Assembly: GCF_006345805.1 (NCBI RefSeq)
Contig: NC_043011.1
Span: 19,852,464-19,916,463, forward strand
Source: Octopus sinensis
Lineage: Eukaryota
Reading direction: 5' to 3'
DNA: 64,000 nt
The translations under genes were made by a program, and so were the position numbers. This document shows positions 39,520 through 53,104 of this stretch, piece by piece. Under the pieces are notes generated by a model that saw only the letters and a list, made by a program, of their open reading frames with translations, made no database searches and was not told the DNA's origin. The stretch's first letter is position 1. The number at the start of each line of letters is the position of its first letter.

Positions 39520-40100
39520 CACCATTCTGAATAGTACACCATTCTAAGCTTGAGACAACTTGAATTTCGTTCTTACTACTGAATCATACATTTAACTGTC
39601 ATACTAATAAGATACACACCTACTTCTTTAAACATTCCCAAAGTAAGTAGCACCACATATCGACATTCTTGAAATTTATAAAAAAATAACAATCGTTGAA
39701 CTTTAATTCATGTACGCTGTCCTTGATTGTAATCCATTGATTGGTTAAAAAATAAAAACGCTTTTAATTTTACAAAGCAATTAATTTATAAATTATTAAG
39801 TATTGAAATTAAATTCTGGGCAATTTATAAATATCACAGAAATCGTATGGATCATGTTACTGATCTCGGTCCAACATAGTTATAATATAAATTACGCTAA
39901 GAGAAACTTGCCGATAACTTGCATTTGTTTTAAGAAGAATCCATTGGTCTGCATTTGTTCAGTCGGCCTGAAGTCTGGATTTAAGCCAAGAAGCCTGGTT
40001 TTGTTCGACAGCTATCTTGAATTGCAGCCATGCATCGTACCGATCGAAAAATGCTGGCAGATTCCCTATTAGGAAGAAACTAAGGTGCCGGCATCTCACC
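39520..40100 (+). pseudogene. Decayed LRR region with C-terminal cap (LRR-CT)
   Basis: ORF 39803..40072 contains FKKNPLVCICS...LQPCIVP (NPxxCxC...CxxP), preceded by ILSLRQLEFRS. Confidence 0.45.
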
Positions 40101-40475
40101 ATGATTGTTACATATTCAATAATATCCATGATGTGTCACATGCCTGAAGTAAAGTTTTTTTTTCTATTTAATACTGTAAATATATAAATATGTGTGTGTT
40201 CACGTGCGTGTATGCATATATACATACAAACACCTCTATATATGTTTGTGTATATATATGCATACATATATATGAGTATAATTATACCTATATATATATA
40301 CACGTGTTGTATGTATCAGTATGTATGTGTCTGTTCTTGTGCGCGCGCATGCGTATGTGTGTGTGTGTGTGTGCGTATGTGAGTGCGTGTGTGCGTGTGT
40401 TTTGTCTAATAAGTAAGTTTAAAACTTATCCATATAATTTGTTACTTTTTATCTGTGTAATTATGTCACGTATAT

Positions 40476-40701
40476 ATTTCTTTGCTACTCACAACGGGCT
40501 AAACGCAGAGGGGACAAACAAGGACAGACAAAGGGATTAAGTCGATTACCTCGACCCCAGTGCGTAACTGGTACTTAATTTATCGACCCCGAAAGGATGA
40601 AAGGCAAAGTCGACCTCGGCGGAATTTGAACTTGGAACGTAGCGACAGACGAAATACGGTAATGCATTTCGCCCGGCGTGCTAACGTTTCTGCCAGCTCA
40701 C
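40476..40701 (-). mobile_element. SINE family C, near full length
   Basis: tatttctttgctactcacaacgggctaaacgcagaggggacaaac...cgaaaggatgaaaggcaaagtcgacctcggcggaatttgaac...gctaacgtttctgccagctc. Confidence 0.9.
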
Positions 40702-40799
40702 GTATAATTATATCTCAGCTACTTTATAGAGACATACATTCATAACCTCGCATTTAAACTAACGCATAAACAAAACACACACATAAATACACACACACA

Positions 40800-40850
<51 letters not shown>

Positions 40851-41536
40851 CACACATACACGCGTTGATTTATACCTGTGCAATATCATATTGTATTTTG
40901 CAAGTTAGTTTACGAAGCAAATATCGAAAATAAAACAATGAACTATTCCATACACACCGCCGAGTTTACATTCTTCATTTTATGACTGTTGAAGTTGACT
41001 GCCTTTATACCATTTGATGCTTCTTGGCAAAAACACAGTCTTCGATATCTTTGTATGGCAAAAGTATTTTAAGCATCCTTTGTGAAACTAAATTTTCTGT
41101 TTCCAGAATAGTTATTCAAAGTCTTAACGCAAGTTTTAGTAAAGAAAGAAATGCATCTTCATTCATTATATTCTAAAGTTAAATTCATTTCTGTTTCAAG
41201 TGACATTTCTCGCTAGAATTTATATTGTACATTGGAAGATGTAATTATTTTTAGAATTGATACTGCACCGGAGAAAATATTTAGTGGCATTCTTATCGAC
41301 ACTTTAGGCTCTGAGTTCAAATTTCGATAATCCTTTTATCGATCCTAACCGGTACGAATCACTAACTGCCGGTCGAGCACTGAAGATGATGTGATCGACT
41401 ATGACCACCCCCAAACTTTCAGGACTTGTGCCTGAAATGATAAAGGGGCAGCAGAATATTTGGGTATTCAGTAATACAGTAGACCATACAACAACGTATC
41501 TAAATAATGTGATATATATATAGAGAGAGAAATATA

Positions 41537-41538
41537 TA

Positions 41539-41582
<44 letters not shown>

Positions 41583-41618
41583 CATCGTCATCATCATCAT
41601 CATTATTATTATTATTAA

Positions 41619-41663
<45 letters not shown>

Positions 41664-41740
41664 CATCGTCATCATCATTATTATCATTATTATTATTATC
41701 ATCATCATCATCATTATTATTATTATTATTATTATTATTA
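41537..41740. repeat. (ATT)n/(ATC)n microsatellite
   Basis: Direct repeat. Confidence 0.97.
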
Positions 41741-41869
41741 GATATTAGATAATAAAACGAATGGTTTATACTTGGCAGCTTACTGTTAAAGCACTGTCAC
41801 TTTCGTAGTGTTCGTTATGTATATGGTTAATGAGAGCCGGAATATGAAAGATACGAGTGTTTTTTATTA

Positions 41870-41975
41870 ATCACAACAATCGTTTCGGCACATCTAGCAT
41901 CGATCCCTCACGGGTTGAATACTTAACAACCAGTAGTGGAGCATCCGACTCTGCAGATGTGTTTCTTCGGATGAT
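41870..41975 (-). ncRNA. Type I hammerhead with long stem II (U4->C)
   Basis: Minus strand: atcat-CCGAAGA-aacacatct...agatgtgcc-GAAA-C GATT G-TT-gtgat. Confidence 0.55.
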
Positions 41976-42567
41976 AAACATATATAACTCGTTAAAATAA
42001 CACCTAAACATAACGGATCCGCAATGTAACTTTTCATTTCTTACGAAAAAAATCAGCAAATTAAAGGATAACGCTTCATTTATATAGAAGATCATTAATA
42101 AAGAAAGGCAGATGCAAAACAGAAACCAATACGCAATACAGTGACAAAAGTATTAAATATAACCATTCAAGAATATGAATCTTTAAACGCCCTAACTTTG
42201 CTTGTATAACGCACGTGTACTTGCTCATTTAAACATCTGCGTTTTCATTATTGATTTTCTATATAACTGAACCTATACCCATTAATTTGCTGCTTTTCTC
42301 CACCAGAACTGAGAAGATACATTGCGGAACTGTTACGGTGTTAGTTTAACGAGTTGCATCTGTTTATCACCCGAAATGGCACATCTGCACCATCGGATGC
42401 TCCTGGACCAGTTACTAAGTACCCCACCCGTGCACGGTCGATTAATAAAAGCTCTCGTATCTGCCATCTTACGTCTCTCATCATATACACAACTAATCAG
42501 CGCTCTAATAGAGACTCAGTGAGGCTCTAATAGAGCCCAGTTAAATCTATCTATCTATCTATCTATA

Positions 42568-42679
<112 letters not shown>

Positions 42680-42982
42680 ACGAACAATGTCGTATCTGGC
42701 CAAATTTCTACATATATTACAATTTTTTCTTTAGGCAATTGTAATGGTTCCACTGCATCATATCATTTCACCAGTGGTAAATTGTATATGAATTAAATCG
42801 TTTTGCTGTGCAATTTTAATGTAACTAAAAAAAACGCACATAAAAGCACATAAGCTCAATATCCTCGTTCAGTTTATCAAATAGTTTTTTCTAAATATTT
42901 ACTATTGTGTTTCTTTTGTTGTATATTTTTTTACGTTTGTTTTCTAACTTTTATGTTTAGGTTATCATTTGGAATCGATAAT

Positions 42983-43345
42983 TCAAGAGGATGCTTAGCT
43001 GACATAATAGCAGAATCTAACAAAAATGTCTAGTCAAAGCAATCGCAAAAATCTTCAATATTTTCCTTCATAATTATTATCGTAGTGTTATCAATAGCAC
43101 AACGTGTTAATGATATAACAATGCAACAAATTTATTTATACAGACATAATATTTCAGATTGTTCAAAAACAAAATTCGTGTGCTGTAATTCATTATTTTA
43201 TTATATAAACAACGCATCACTAATCACAACTGAAATGGAATCGATAGCTTGCATCACAATTACTCTAGTACTACACCTGAGCAATTACCACTTAGTGTAC
43301 GACAAAAACCAGTAAGACAATTGCAATAAATTCACATTTAATATG
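42983..43345 (+). pseudogene. 5' end of a decayed signal-peptide/LRR-NT gene (paralogue of 49105-49555)
   Basis: ATG TCT AGT CAA at ~43026; FIIIIVVLSIAQ hydrophobic stretch; DCSKTKFVCCNS; PEQLPLSVR. Confidence 0.45.
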
Positions 43346-43399
43346 GCGAGGCTAATAAGGCGGCGAGCCGGCAGAGTCGTTAGCACGACGGTTACTATG

Positions 43400-43693
43400 C
43401 TTAGATATTTGTTGTTTCCTTTCTTCAATTTCTGCAATTTCAACCAATCAATGACGTCTTGAGGTGAAAACATTCTGTGCCATATGAATGTGTCCCTTGT
43501 ATAAGAAACAGATTGGGTTTATTTACATTTCTCAAGAAAAAAATACCCTTCCCCCACCCCTAACCCTAACCCTAAGTAACCCGAACCCTAAAACAGATTG
43601 AAATGCAATAGATCGATAGTAGGGTCATAATTATGGGTGACAATTTCATATGACACCGCTAGAACAAACTGCCGTTCAAACCGAAAACATCCT
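43400..43693. mobile_element. Partial CCCTAA-MITE
   Basis: Matches 32940-33225; ends caaactgccgttcaaaccgaaaacatcc. Confidence 0.85.
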
Positions 43694-43739
43694 GAATTTC
43701 CTTCCATGTATGAATTTGTGAAATTTTCGAAGGTCTTTT

Positions 43740-45000
43740 CAATGTAGGCTTTCCTATTTTTCTCTATCTATCATCGTTAAATGTCCAACTGTAGTGTCGT
43801 ATTCACATTTATTTTTATGGAGACAACATTTGTTTTTTGCATTAGTGTTAACAATACTTATTTTCTCGAATTTGTTTCGTTCGACCTTTTTTGTTTCACC
43901 TAACAATGTAAATTCTTATGTCCGATTTTCCATATCCAAAGCATTCTAGATTTTTAAAAGTACAGTTTCTTTTAAAATGTATTTCTCCAGACACTCATAG
44001 CATGGTTTGGGTCTTGACCGTTACTTTTCTTTTTTCGTATCTGTTACAGGTGGACACGCATCTATATTTGAATAATCTTTTGCAATTTTTTCTGCGTCCT
44101 TGTGTAAGCATATAATCCTTTAACATTCTTCAGGCACTACCTCTAGCTTTAGTTTCGAATCTTGTTCTAGTTTTGTTAATATCTAAGTCCTTATCTCTGC
44201 ATTTTTGCTTGTAGTTAATCCTTGTATAAATATTTGACATTTGAACATGTCCGGGATTATTTCGTTTAGTTTAGATTTTTCACATTCTCTACTTACGAAT
44301 TCGGCATACGTGACGAAATCTTCACTTTTTTTTAAAAATTCAAACTCTCTCAGCGAATATTAAATAGTGAACCTCTTTCACTGAATACTTTAGATAACAG
44401 AATAATTGTTTCCTCGGAACAAATTTCTCGCCAGAATATAATTACTATGCTTTTCATGTTCTGCGAGTGATAATTTTCTGAAATGAAGTCGTACCTCCAT
44501 TTCGTCCGTCCATTTCCTACATTCGTCTTTGAAGATTCTTTCATACCTTCTGAAGTATGCCGAAAACGTAATCCTTTCTTCTGGATGATTATAAGTAAAT
44601 GCTTCAATTGAATTAGTAACCCCGTCTGCCGAAAACGAACCTGAAGTGTTTTTTGACTGCAACAATAATTTCAACAACCTTTGATTTTGCTGTTGTTGTT
44701 GTTGTTTCTGTTCTTCTTGTTGCAGTTGTAATTGCAGTTGCAACTGTTGCTGTTGTTCCTGTTGTTGTTGTTGTAGTTGCCGGTGTAACTGTACCACGGA
44801 AGCTAATAGATCTTTCATGCAAAGAACGTCCACAGTGTGTTATGAATGTCTCGTCGCCACTATTATATCCTTGAGTTTTGATATAGACTAAACTGCAACA
44901 GTGTTATCACACTACAAACCTAAATCGGTAACAAACACATAGCAAACTTATATCTCGCCTCAACGATTTCTACGGCTGTCTTTACAAATGCCCACAACAC
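43740..45000 (-). mobile_element. Gypsy (Mag-like) LTR retrotransposon relic: LTR end, PBS and gag
   Basis: PBS TGGCGACGAG at 44850-44859 (-); gag NSIEAFTYNHPEERITFSAYFRRYERIFKDECRKWTDEMEVRL..RKLSLAEHEK..NYIL / ETIILLSKVFSERGSLFNIR; decayed downstream. Confidence 0.85.
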
Positions 45001-45149
45001 ACTGTACAATTTCTTTTATTTGGCACCCAGGCCATGACAGACAGAACACCATAGCCGGGACAAAAATCATAAAACGAATGAATGAAAGATGAACAATAAT
45101 TAATGAAGATGAAATGGTTGCATGCACCCCACTCGCAAGCAGTATCATT

Positions 45150-46830
45150 TAAATGTTTTAATTTAACGTTTTTATATCATTTTTCCCCTCTTTTTGTCTC
45201 TCATGTTTTCTTTTTAGCCTTTTAACGTCTTTTTAGAAGTTCTTGAATGGTTCGAAATCTTTGTACTCCACAACAGGCAGTAGTTCATCAAATTCCACCG
45301 CTATTCCCAATGGGTCTATGCTGTTTCCGAACAAATCCGTGCCTCTTTCAGTCTATCACAATTCCTTTTACATTTTCTGTATACAGCTCCGCTGGTAATG
45401 TTGCCTTTAATACTAATTTGAATTTTGTAATTCTCCTCTCTATGGCCGTACTTCTTGCGTATGTCAGCATATACCACTTGTTCTTCTTCAGCTTCTCGAC
45501 TGCTCCTTTCTGATGCACACCTGGGTTGTCCGGGCAAGCTTCCCTTTTTTGTCTTGGTAATTCTATTTCACATCCTTGCTGCAAGCACTCTCTAGCGTCC
45601 ATTTCTTCCTCCCTTTTTTGTACGTTTGTTGGTGATGCTGGTGTACTTCTTTGCCACCAGCTCTATCATATCCATTTATTCCTCCTGTTTTTCTTTTACG
45701 GACTCTTTGGCGGTGAGTTATCGCGTTTGTTTCTCTTTTTTATGTTCACCACCGTGAATGCATCTTCCGCTTCTTCCGTGTCCTACTCAACTTCTAGTAC
45801 CGCCACTTCAGCAGTCTGTTCCTGTTCGGCCCTCTTCTGCTGTTGTTCCTCTTCACTTTTATTGTCTTTCTGGATACACCTTGCTCTCATGTGTCCTCTC
45901 TCTTCACATTGATAACAGGTTGGTGGCCTTCCCTCTACCACTACTCTTAATCTCACGTCGTCCGGCAATATCACTTCTTCCGCTATTTCGTGTAAGTCCT
46001 GTAGACTGGCTTGTATGTTCATTTCAAAGACATAACCCCACAGTTTACCTTTTTCGTCCTCGTTACTTTTAAAATTTCCGCATCTTCCACCACATTATCC
46101 ACAATGAGTGCCACCAGCCGCGCCTCTATAATCTCCGGGGGATTACTCTGCCTATCCTTACTCTAGCCACTCGTTTAACACACCAATTCGGCAGAAGTAC
46201 ACACTCTTGCGTCTTTAACGCCACAGTGGAGTGATTTATCGCTTCCTGTTCGTTAGCGAACCTCACCTCTCCTGTGTCGTATTTTGTCCCTCACGTGTAG
46301 AATGTTGTAAGTTTTTTCCCCTCTAAGCGCTCTTCTATGGCTTCCAATGTGGTTCTTTCTTTCTTTTATTTTGTTTGAAGTGGACTGCTCTGTAGACCAC
46401 TGTTCGCTTTGTTACGCTGACTATTAAATCTTCCGGCGGGGTCGACCTCAAACTCGTTCCTTCCTTCTCAATTAAATTGTATTCTTTTAGTTTCATTGGC
46501 TCAATTTTCACTTCTGGAACCTCTAATGCGTCAGTAGTTAAACCTCTTGCAGTGGCTGAAGCATAACTGCTGGCCTGTGCTGGAACTGGTTCGCACTCCA
46601 TTCTTCCTTTTTTTCTCCACTTCACCCATCAATGGGGAAGAAAACAAATACAAAATTACACGCCCGTAGGCAAAAAGCAGCAACAGTAATTCAGCAATTC
46701 AACAAAGAGGTTCACCTTTACGGGGGACCTGCAGCAAATATATAACAAGGCGTCTTACGTCTAACAGGGATCAAAACTTATTTAACCGAAGAGAAAAACA
46801 GCACACTGTACGTCGCACTATCAGTATGTA
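45150..46830 (-). mobile_element. L1/Tx1-type ORF1 (CCHC zinc knuckle) element, frameshifted, no ORF2 seen
   Basis: SSYASATA N-terminal motif; VRLRVVVEGRPPTCYQCEERGHMRARC; low-complexity charged C-terminus; A-rich 3' end near 45150-45240. Confidence 0.75.
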
Positions 46831-47400
46831 AGCGCCTTTTATAAGGTTTAGTATAGTTCGCTTGCTGTCCCACTGAGGTGTCAGGATTTCACCACAACAC
46901 AAGTGTGGTGTCCCTCACTTTAAACTTAATCCACTCTAATCTTCCTCAACATGTCTTATTCTCTCTATTTTTGTTATATGTTTTTTTATAGTGTATATTT
47001 TTGTTTACGATTATTTTGTTATAGCGATTTCACTATAAAGAAAACTGTATCTAACTTCATTCACTGGTACAGCGGGAAGAGATCAACATGACTGCGAGAA
47101 ATCAGTATATTTAGCGGAACACCACTTTATATATGCATGCACCTGATGTGACCCAGGCTGCACTGATCGATGCAACACAATTCGATGCATAACATCCAAC
47201 CCATAAAGAACAATCGGAGGAGGGGTTTTAAATCATCGCCGTACTAAATAAACACTAATACCAAATCCATCTTTCGTTTTTCTTCATCGATTATTATTAG
47301 CTCAACTAATACTGCGGAACTCCTGAAGTAGATCCAGCGGAGATATACCACAGGTTACGACCAGGTAAGCTAAGCACACACACACACACACACACACACA

Positions 47401-47431
<31 letters not shown>

Positions 47432-47435
47432 TCTC

Positions 47436-47492
<57 letters not shown>

Positions 47493-47503
47493 TATTATAT
47501 ATA

Positions 47504-47543
<40 letters not shown>

Positions 47544-49104
47544 ATGTGCGTATATGTGTGCTTTGGAGTATATATATATATATTTATATTCACCTATCGC
47601 GCCCTCAGTATATCACGGGTTTCTGAAGCCGATAGAATTTATATCTTTTTAGATTTTAATTGTTTCTGAAAGAGGTTTTGGAACGTAACACCCACGATAG
47701 TCGAGAGATTATTGTATATACCTATGTCAGGACACAACCATACACAGCAACAGTACAGGCTATTGCATCGCTTCCTTATTAATATGCGAATTCTCGAAAC
47801 CATGGATCTCTGTTATCAAGGGGACGGAGGGAAAGATGTTTCGTATTCTATCGAAATTGGAAATTGGTGCTATATTATCTACAAATTTAAATGGACATTG
47901 TGCCTCTACCTAGATATTTCTTCTAAATCAATTAAATCCTTTCTTATACTTCAACTTCCCTCACATCCCATCTCTTCCATTCACCTCACTCTTGTTTTCG
48001 CTTGCTTCTTCTCTTTCTCTATCTATTCCTCTTTCTTTCTATTTCTCTCTGTTTCTCTCCCATACTACTCGTATGAAACGCCCATGTTCCTACCTCTATT
48101 ATCGGCGTCTTTCCACAAGCACTGTTGTTTACTTCAATAAACTAAGAATGTTGAATGGCAATTAATAATTTCGACCTGATTATATTAGCAAGTATAATTT
48201 AATCACAAGTCAGTAGAGATATTATGAATTATAGGGAATGGACAGATGCGTCTTTTCGGACCTAAATATTATTAGCTTTACGTAAGATAACTCAGGAATT
48301 TCATTAATAAAAGATTGCCGTAGTTTATTCAGTGAATGTATTTAAAATAAGAGTACCGACATAATATACACATTATCTATACCGCAAAATTGGAAACAAA
48401 AAGAAAATCACTTTAGCTCTAGTCGTTTACTTAAGTTTCAGTAAGCTGCTATCTTTTACTCCATTTCATTGAATGATAAACAATTGTTTTAAATTTTTGC
48501 GTGCAAATGGCAAATAGGACCACAAGGTAACACTTTGTGGTCCTGTTTGCCAACGTGTGACAAGTGTGACTGGATTCAGTAGGGCATAATGAAGAACAAC
48601 CCATCATTCAACAGTATTACAAGCACTGTAGCTCACAACTGTTATACAAGATATGGGCCTAAATTAAAGATCTATAGACTGGAAGTATGAATAGCGTAAA
48701 AATGCGAAACACACAATTGCTTGATTGTTTAGCACCCTACTGCATTCCATTTAAAAGTTCATTTAGGTATATAGTGTTAATTTTCGGCATTTGCTGTTTT
48801 GATATAAATAACAAGATTCTCAAATAATCGCTTAGGTTGGGAATTTACATCCTTACGTAAAATGCAGACTGTTCTGTGTGATTTAGGAGGATTTAAAAAT
48901 CGGAATTGAATAAAATAAAACAACGAGTTATATGCGTTATATTCGGCCTCAGATTTATAAATAACACACTTTTCTGGAAAAAAATTATTATTACGATAAT
49001 TTTTTTTTGTATATTTATAAATTTATTATCGTTTGTTACTTCTCTTATTCTATGATTTTCATTTGTTAACACTTCTCTTTCAATTAAGATTTTTATATTG
49101 ATAT

Positions 49105-49555
49105 TTCAAGAGGTTACTTGATTGACATAATATCAGAATCTAACAGAAATGTCTAGTCAAAATAATCATAAAATCTTTAATGCTTTATTTCATAATTATT
49201 ATTGATATTTTATCACAAAAAATACAGTTTTAATGATATAACAATGCTGTAAATATTATTTACGCAGACAATATTTGGGGTTTATCACAGGGAAAATTTA
49301 TGGGTGATGTAATTTATCATTTAATTTAAACAAAACTTTTTTTAAATGGTAGAAACCGAAAGTGAATAGACAGCTTGTATTACAGACTCGACCGCCACAT
49401 TTCTGTATTCACCACTTAATATAACAATAATAAATCTTGTATAATCGTGCATTGTGTGTACTTGAGGTTAAATCTTAATTAACTTTTTCTTCTCTACATT
49501 GAAATGTCTCTAGCAATGCATTTATTGAAAAGAATCATAATGTTCTCAATCAAAA
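49105..49555 (+). pseudogene. 5' end of a decayed signal-peptide/LRR gene
   Basis: Nucleotide homology to 42983-43300 (cagaatctaaca.aaATGTCTAGTCAAA); PLNITIINL and NVSSNAF LRR-like pieces. Confidence 0.5.
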
Positions 49556-49578
49556 TATATATGTGTGTATATATGCAC

Positions 49579-49645
<67 letters not shown>

Positions 49646-49670
49646 TGTGTGTGAGTGTGTCAGTGTGTGT

Positions 49671-50060
49671 GTGGAGGCGCAATGGCCCAGTGGTTAGGGG
49701 AGCGGACTGTGGTTGTAGGATCAGTTACGCACTGGGGTCGATGTAATCGACTTAATACCTATGTCTGTCCCTGGTTGTCCCCTCTATGTTTAGCCCCTTG
49801 TGGGTAATAAAGAAATAGGATGTAGGATCGCGGTTTCGATTCCCAGACCGGGCGTTGTGAGTGTTTATTGACCGAAAACACCTAAAGTTCCACGCGGTTC
49901 TGGTAGGGGTGGTGGCGATCTCTGCTGTACTCTTTCGCCACAACTTTCTCTCACTCTTTCTTCTCTTGGCCTGCTCGGTTAGCCAGCGGGGTGGCGTCAT
50001 TTGAAGACTAAAACAATGCGAAACGCATTGTGACCAGTGATGTGTAGCAACATCACGTGA
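49671..50060 (+). mobile_element. SINE family B with a nested family C 3' fragment (49723-49820)
   Basis: Direct repeat tgtaggatc at 49714-49722 and 49821-49829 brackets the insert. Confidence 0.9.
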
Positions 50061-50079
50061 TATATATATACACGCGCTA

Positions 50080-52760
50080 ATGAATCTGCCAGATCACCTC
50101 GTTAACTTGCATTAACAATGATAAAAACGGATACTATCATATAAATACATGAATGACAAATATCAATATTTAACCAATAATATGTTTATTTAAGATACAG
50201 TAACAGAGTTTAAGACAAGATGTCTCATATCTTTTTCAAAGGCTTTAAATTGTGTAAAAGAAATAGCGTTTCCGAAATGGAAATGAAACAAAGTGAGAGA
50301 TAAATTCCCAGGTCGTTTGTCTCGTAATTTGCATTGCATTGACACTGTATGGAAGCGGGTGGAGTCAATGTTTAGTGTTCCTTTTGTAACTGGAGGGATG
50401 TACAGTTACTTTACAAACTGAACTGGTATAAGGTTACGAATACTCGCTGTTGAATTTGAAACACTTCCTATCCTTCCTCTAAAACTATGGGAATAGTTTT
50501 TTTTTTTTTTTAGCTGAATTTATGTAAAATCCAAGTTATAGATATTACTCCTACTCTGAGGTAACTGACATTTTGCATGGGGTCACAACCTTTTCAAGTC
50601 GAAGATCAATAGACTATAGTAGTTTGTTTTAAACTTATTCTCTTTATCGCTTAAAAAAAAGAATAAAACACTAAGGATATTGTATAAGCATATGCTTAAA
50701 CAAAGCTTATTGATTAAAACCAAACTTATTGAAAAAATAAAATTATTGCTTAGAAAAATATTTCATTTGAAGTAATTATACAACGTGCGAAACAGACGTT
50801 TTTTCCCAAGGAAATGAAATTACACACAATAATATATATTTTAGGCTTCTCTTTACATATTGTTATGTTATCGAGTTGAACAATATTTTGAAATGTGTGG
50901 TTGTAATTATGTTGAATGAAACAACATTCCCTCACTACTTGGCAGTTCTATACATGAAAAGTGTTGATACTATTTAGAATTATTAGTGAAGTGCATCCAA
51001 CGTTAACAAAATTTCGCACAGATATAATTTGCAACATCTAAGCAACTCTCTTCTGAGAATATTTCCATAAGCTGTCGGCGTATATACTCTGAGCAATTCC
51101 CACGTCCGTTTGTACAGGTTGAGGTTAGCCACATGATCCGACTCCTCTTGTCCTGAAAAATAGCTGAATCAAGAAACAGAAGCAACTTATGTATTCTTTC
51201 AGAAGTAATTTATCTATGAATCTAAAAGCAGTTTTACCGTCAATTTCTCAAAGGCAATTTCGAAGACATGTAATGTCCGCGCGTCTTTGAATTTTGGAAG
51301 TGTTCAGAAAAGATCGAATATATTGCCTTACCACAGTAGCATTATATAATAGACAAAGAAAATCATCAGCTGGGACTTTCTCCAAACTAACTGCCTTTAA
51401 GCTCTTCAACGATTTTATGACTGTTTCCACCTTACCCATAGAAAATCCTCAAGATGTATGTTGAGTTTATGACGGATGGTCCTTTTCATTTCAGGGTTGG
51501 TAATATAAGCTTGGCACTTTCTCATATCAGACGCTTCAAATTAGTAAATGATGTAAGTTGCAATGGTGTGGAACTGAGAAAAAGTAGAGGAAATTCATCT
51601 TATTTAAAATATAAACACTGCTTTAGGTACTGACCTGATAAGTTTTTAATAAATGGAATTTAAGTGGTAATAAAAAAAATTCTGATAAAGATGTCAGTAC
51701 GTGCATACCTGCAATTGGAGGCAAATTATGATTGTACGCCTGGTGTGCTACGATTAATTTACATTTATATTGCTGTCAAGGTTACAAACTTGGAATCACA
51801 TGTAGTATATTACTGCAACTTATTTCTACTCTTCAGTTTAATATGGCCCCTTTCTTACATATATGTTAGGTTGATAGAATAATGTTGAACACTTCACAGT
51901 CGGTGAAAATATACCTAAATGTAAATAAATTCATCCTAGTTGAAGTCGGTCAGCTGTTACTTATCATTTACTATACAAATAAAAACTGATATAATTTCTA
52001 CTTTACCAAGTCACATAGGATTAACAAAGATATCTTATTATATACATAGAGTATGATTACAGTTAACATTATCCAGCGGCTCATGACAGGGCAATGATAA
52101 GAATAACAATACGCATACGATAAACCAAATTTTTTCTATGGACTTCACAAAAGACAAATATCATCCATTTCAACTGGTTAATAACATATATTAAGGGTTT
52201 CTATAGAAAATAAGAGAACGTGAGATTTCCTGTGTAGAATATCTTACCCATTATCTGATAATCATTCCACGTCTCATAAAATCTCTTCTACATATATTAT
52301 AATATAACTGAAGTTAAGTTATATTCAGCTTATTTCATGTCCAGAAATAGAAAATGCAATGCTTTTATCAATATCTAAATGAAGTAAAATCTACGACACT
52401 GAAACTTTAAAACTTAGGTATACATTTTGGATTTTCTGTTTTCATTTATATTCATTTAACGTGTTTCCTCCTGGATTAATCTTTCAATTTTCGCAGGAAA
52501 CGAAATTGTAATGCTGTAATTTTTGATACGGATAAATCTTCTGTATGTTCAAGGAAGTTATCTGAAATTGAATGCATTCCCTGCAGATGTAATCTATTGA
52601 GGGAATGATTAAGACGGACGGACAAGTTAAGCTCAGTAACTACTTTTCTTTGTTAGATCTGACAATAGCCCACCACTGTAAAGCATCGAGCATGTTTCAT
52701 GTTTGAAAATTTAAATGTATTGCACGGAGATGGTTGCTATGATTTATTATTTCATTTCAT
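50080..52760 (-). pseudogene. ~2.7-kb decayed LRR receptor (TLR-ectodomain-like) pseudogene
   Basis: Ordered minus-strand remnants: SPCNTF..ARC, KVVTELNLS, QFRFLRKLKD, LLHLDI, TSFTNLKRL, IKSLKSLKAVSL, CLDVANY, NHTFQNIVQLDNI, EIFLSNNFI, then a hydrophobic NSVTVS.INILLV..LSFMYLY segment. Confidence 0.55.
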
Positions 52761-53104
52761 TACCTCAGCGTAAACATAAGACATAGCGAAATTTTATAAC
52801 ACACAACAGAGAAAGATAACCTTTCTACGTTCCCTGATAAGCTACCATTTCATAAATGTGTACCACCTTATTTTAACTTAATGAATAAATGACGTATTTT
52901 TACTTTATATTTCTTTCTACACTGAACTACTAGGCTATCGACATTCATCATATGTCATTCAAAATGCCCAAGTATACATGATTCATAAAAAGTGATTAGC
53001 TTTGGGTTGCGTTTGTGACGGCAAATTTATGCTGAGCTGATCCAACAAAATGGAAACAATTATTAAATGTAAATCAAGTTCACTCTAAGCGATAAAAATA
53101 TATC

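Noticed and set aside
49430-49555. Minus-strand HYDSF as TIR box 1 of the 50080-52760 fossil
   Set aside because: The same bases are better explained as the plus-strand LRR continuation of the 49105 paralogue.
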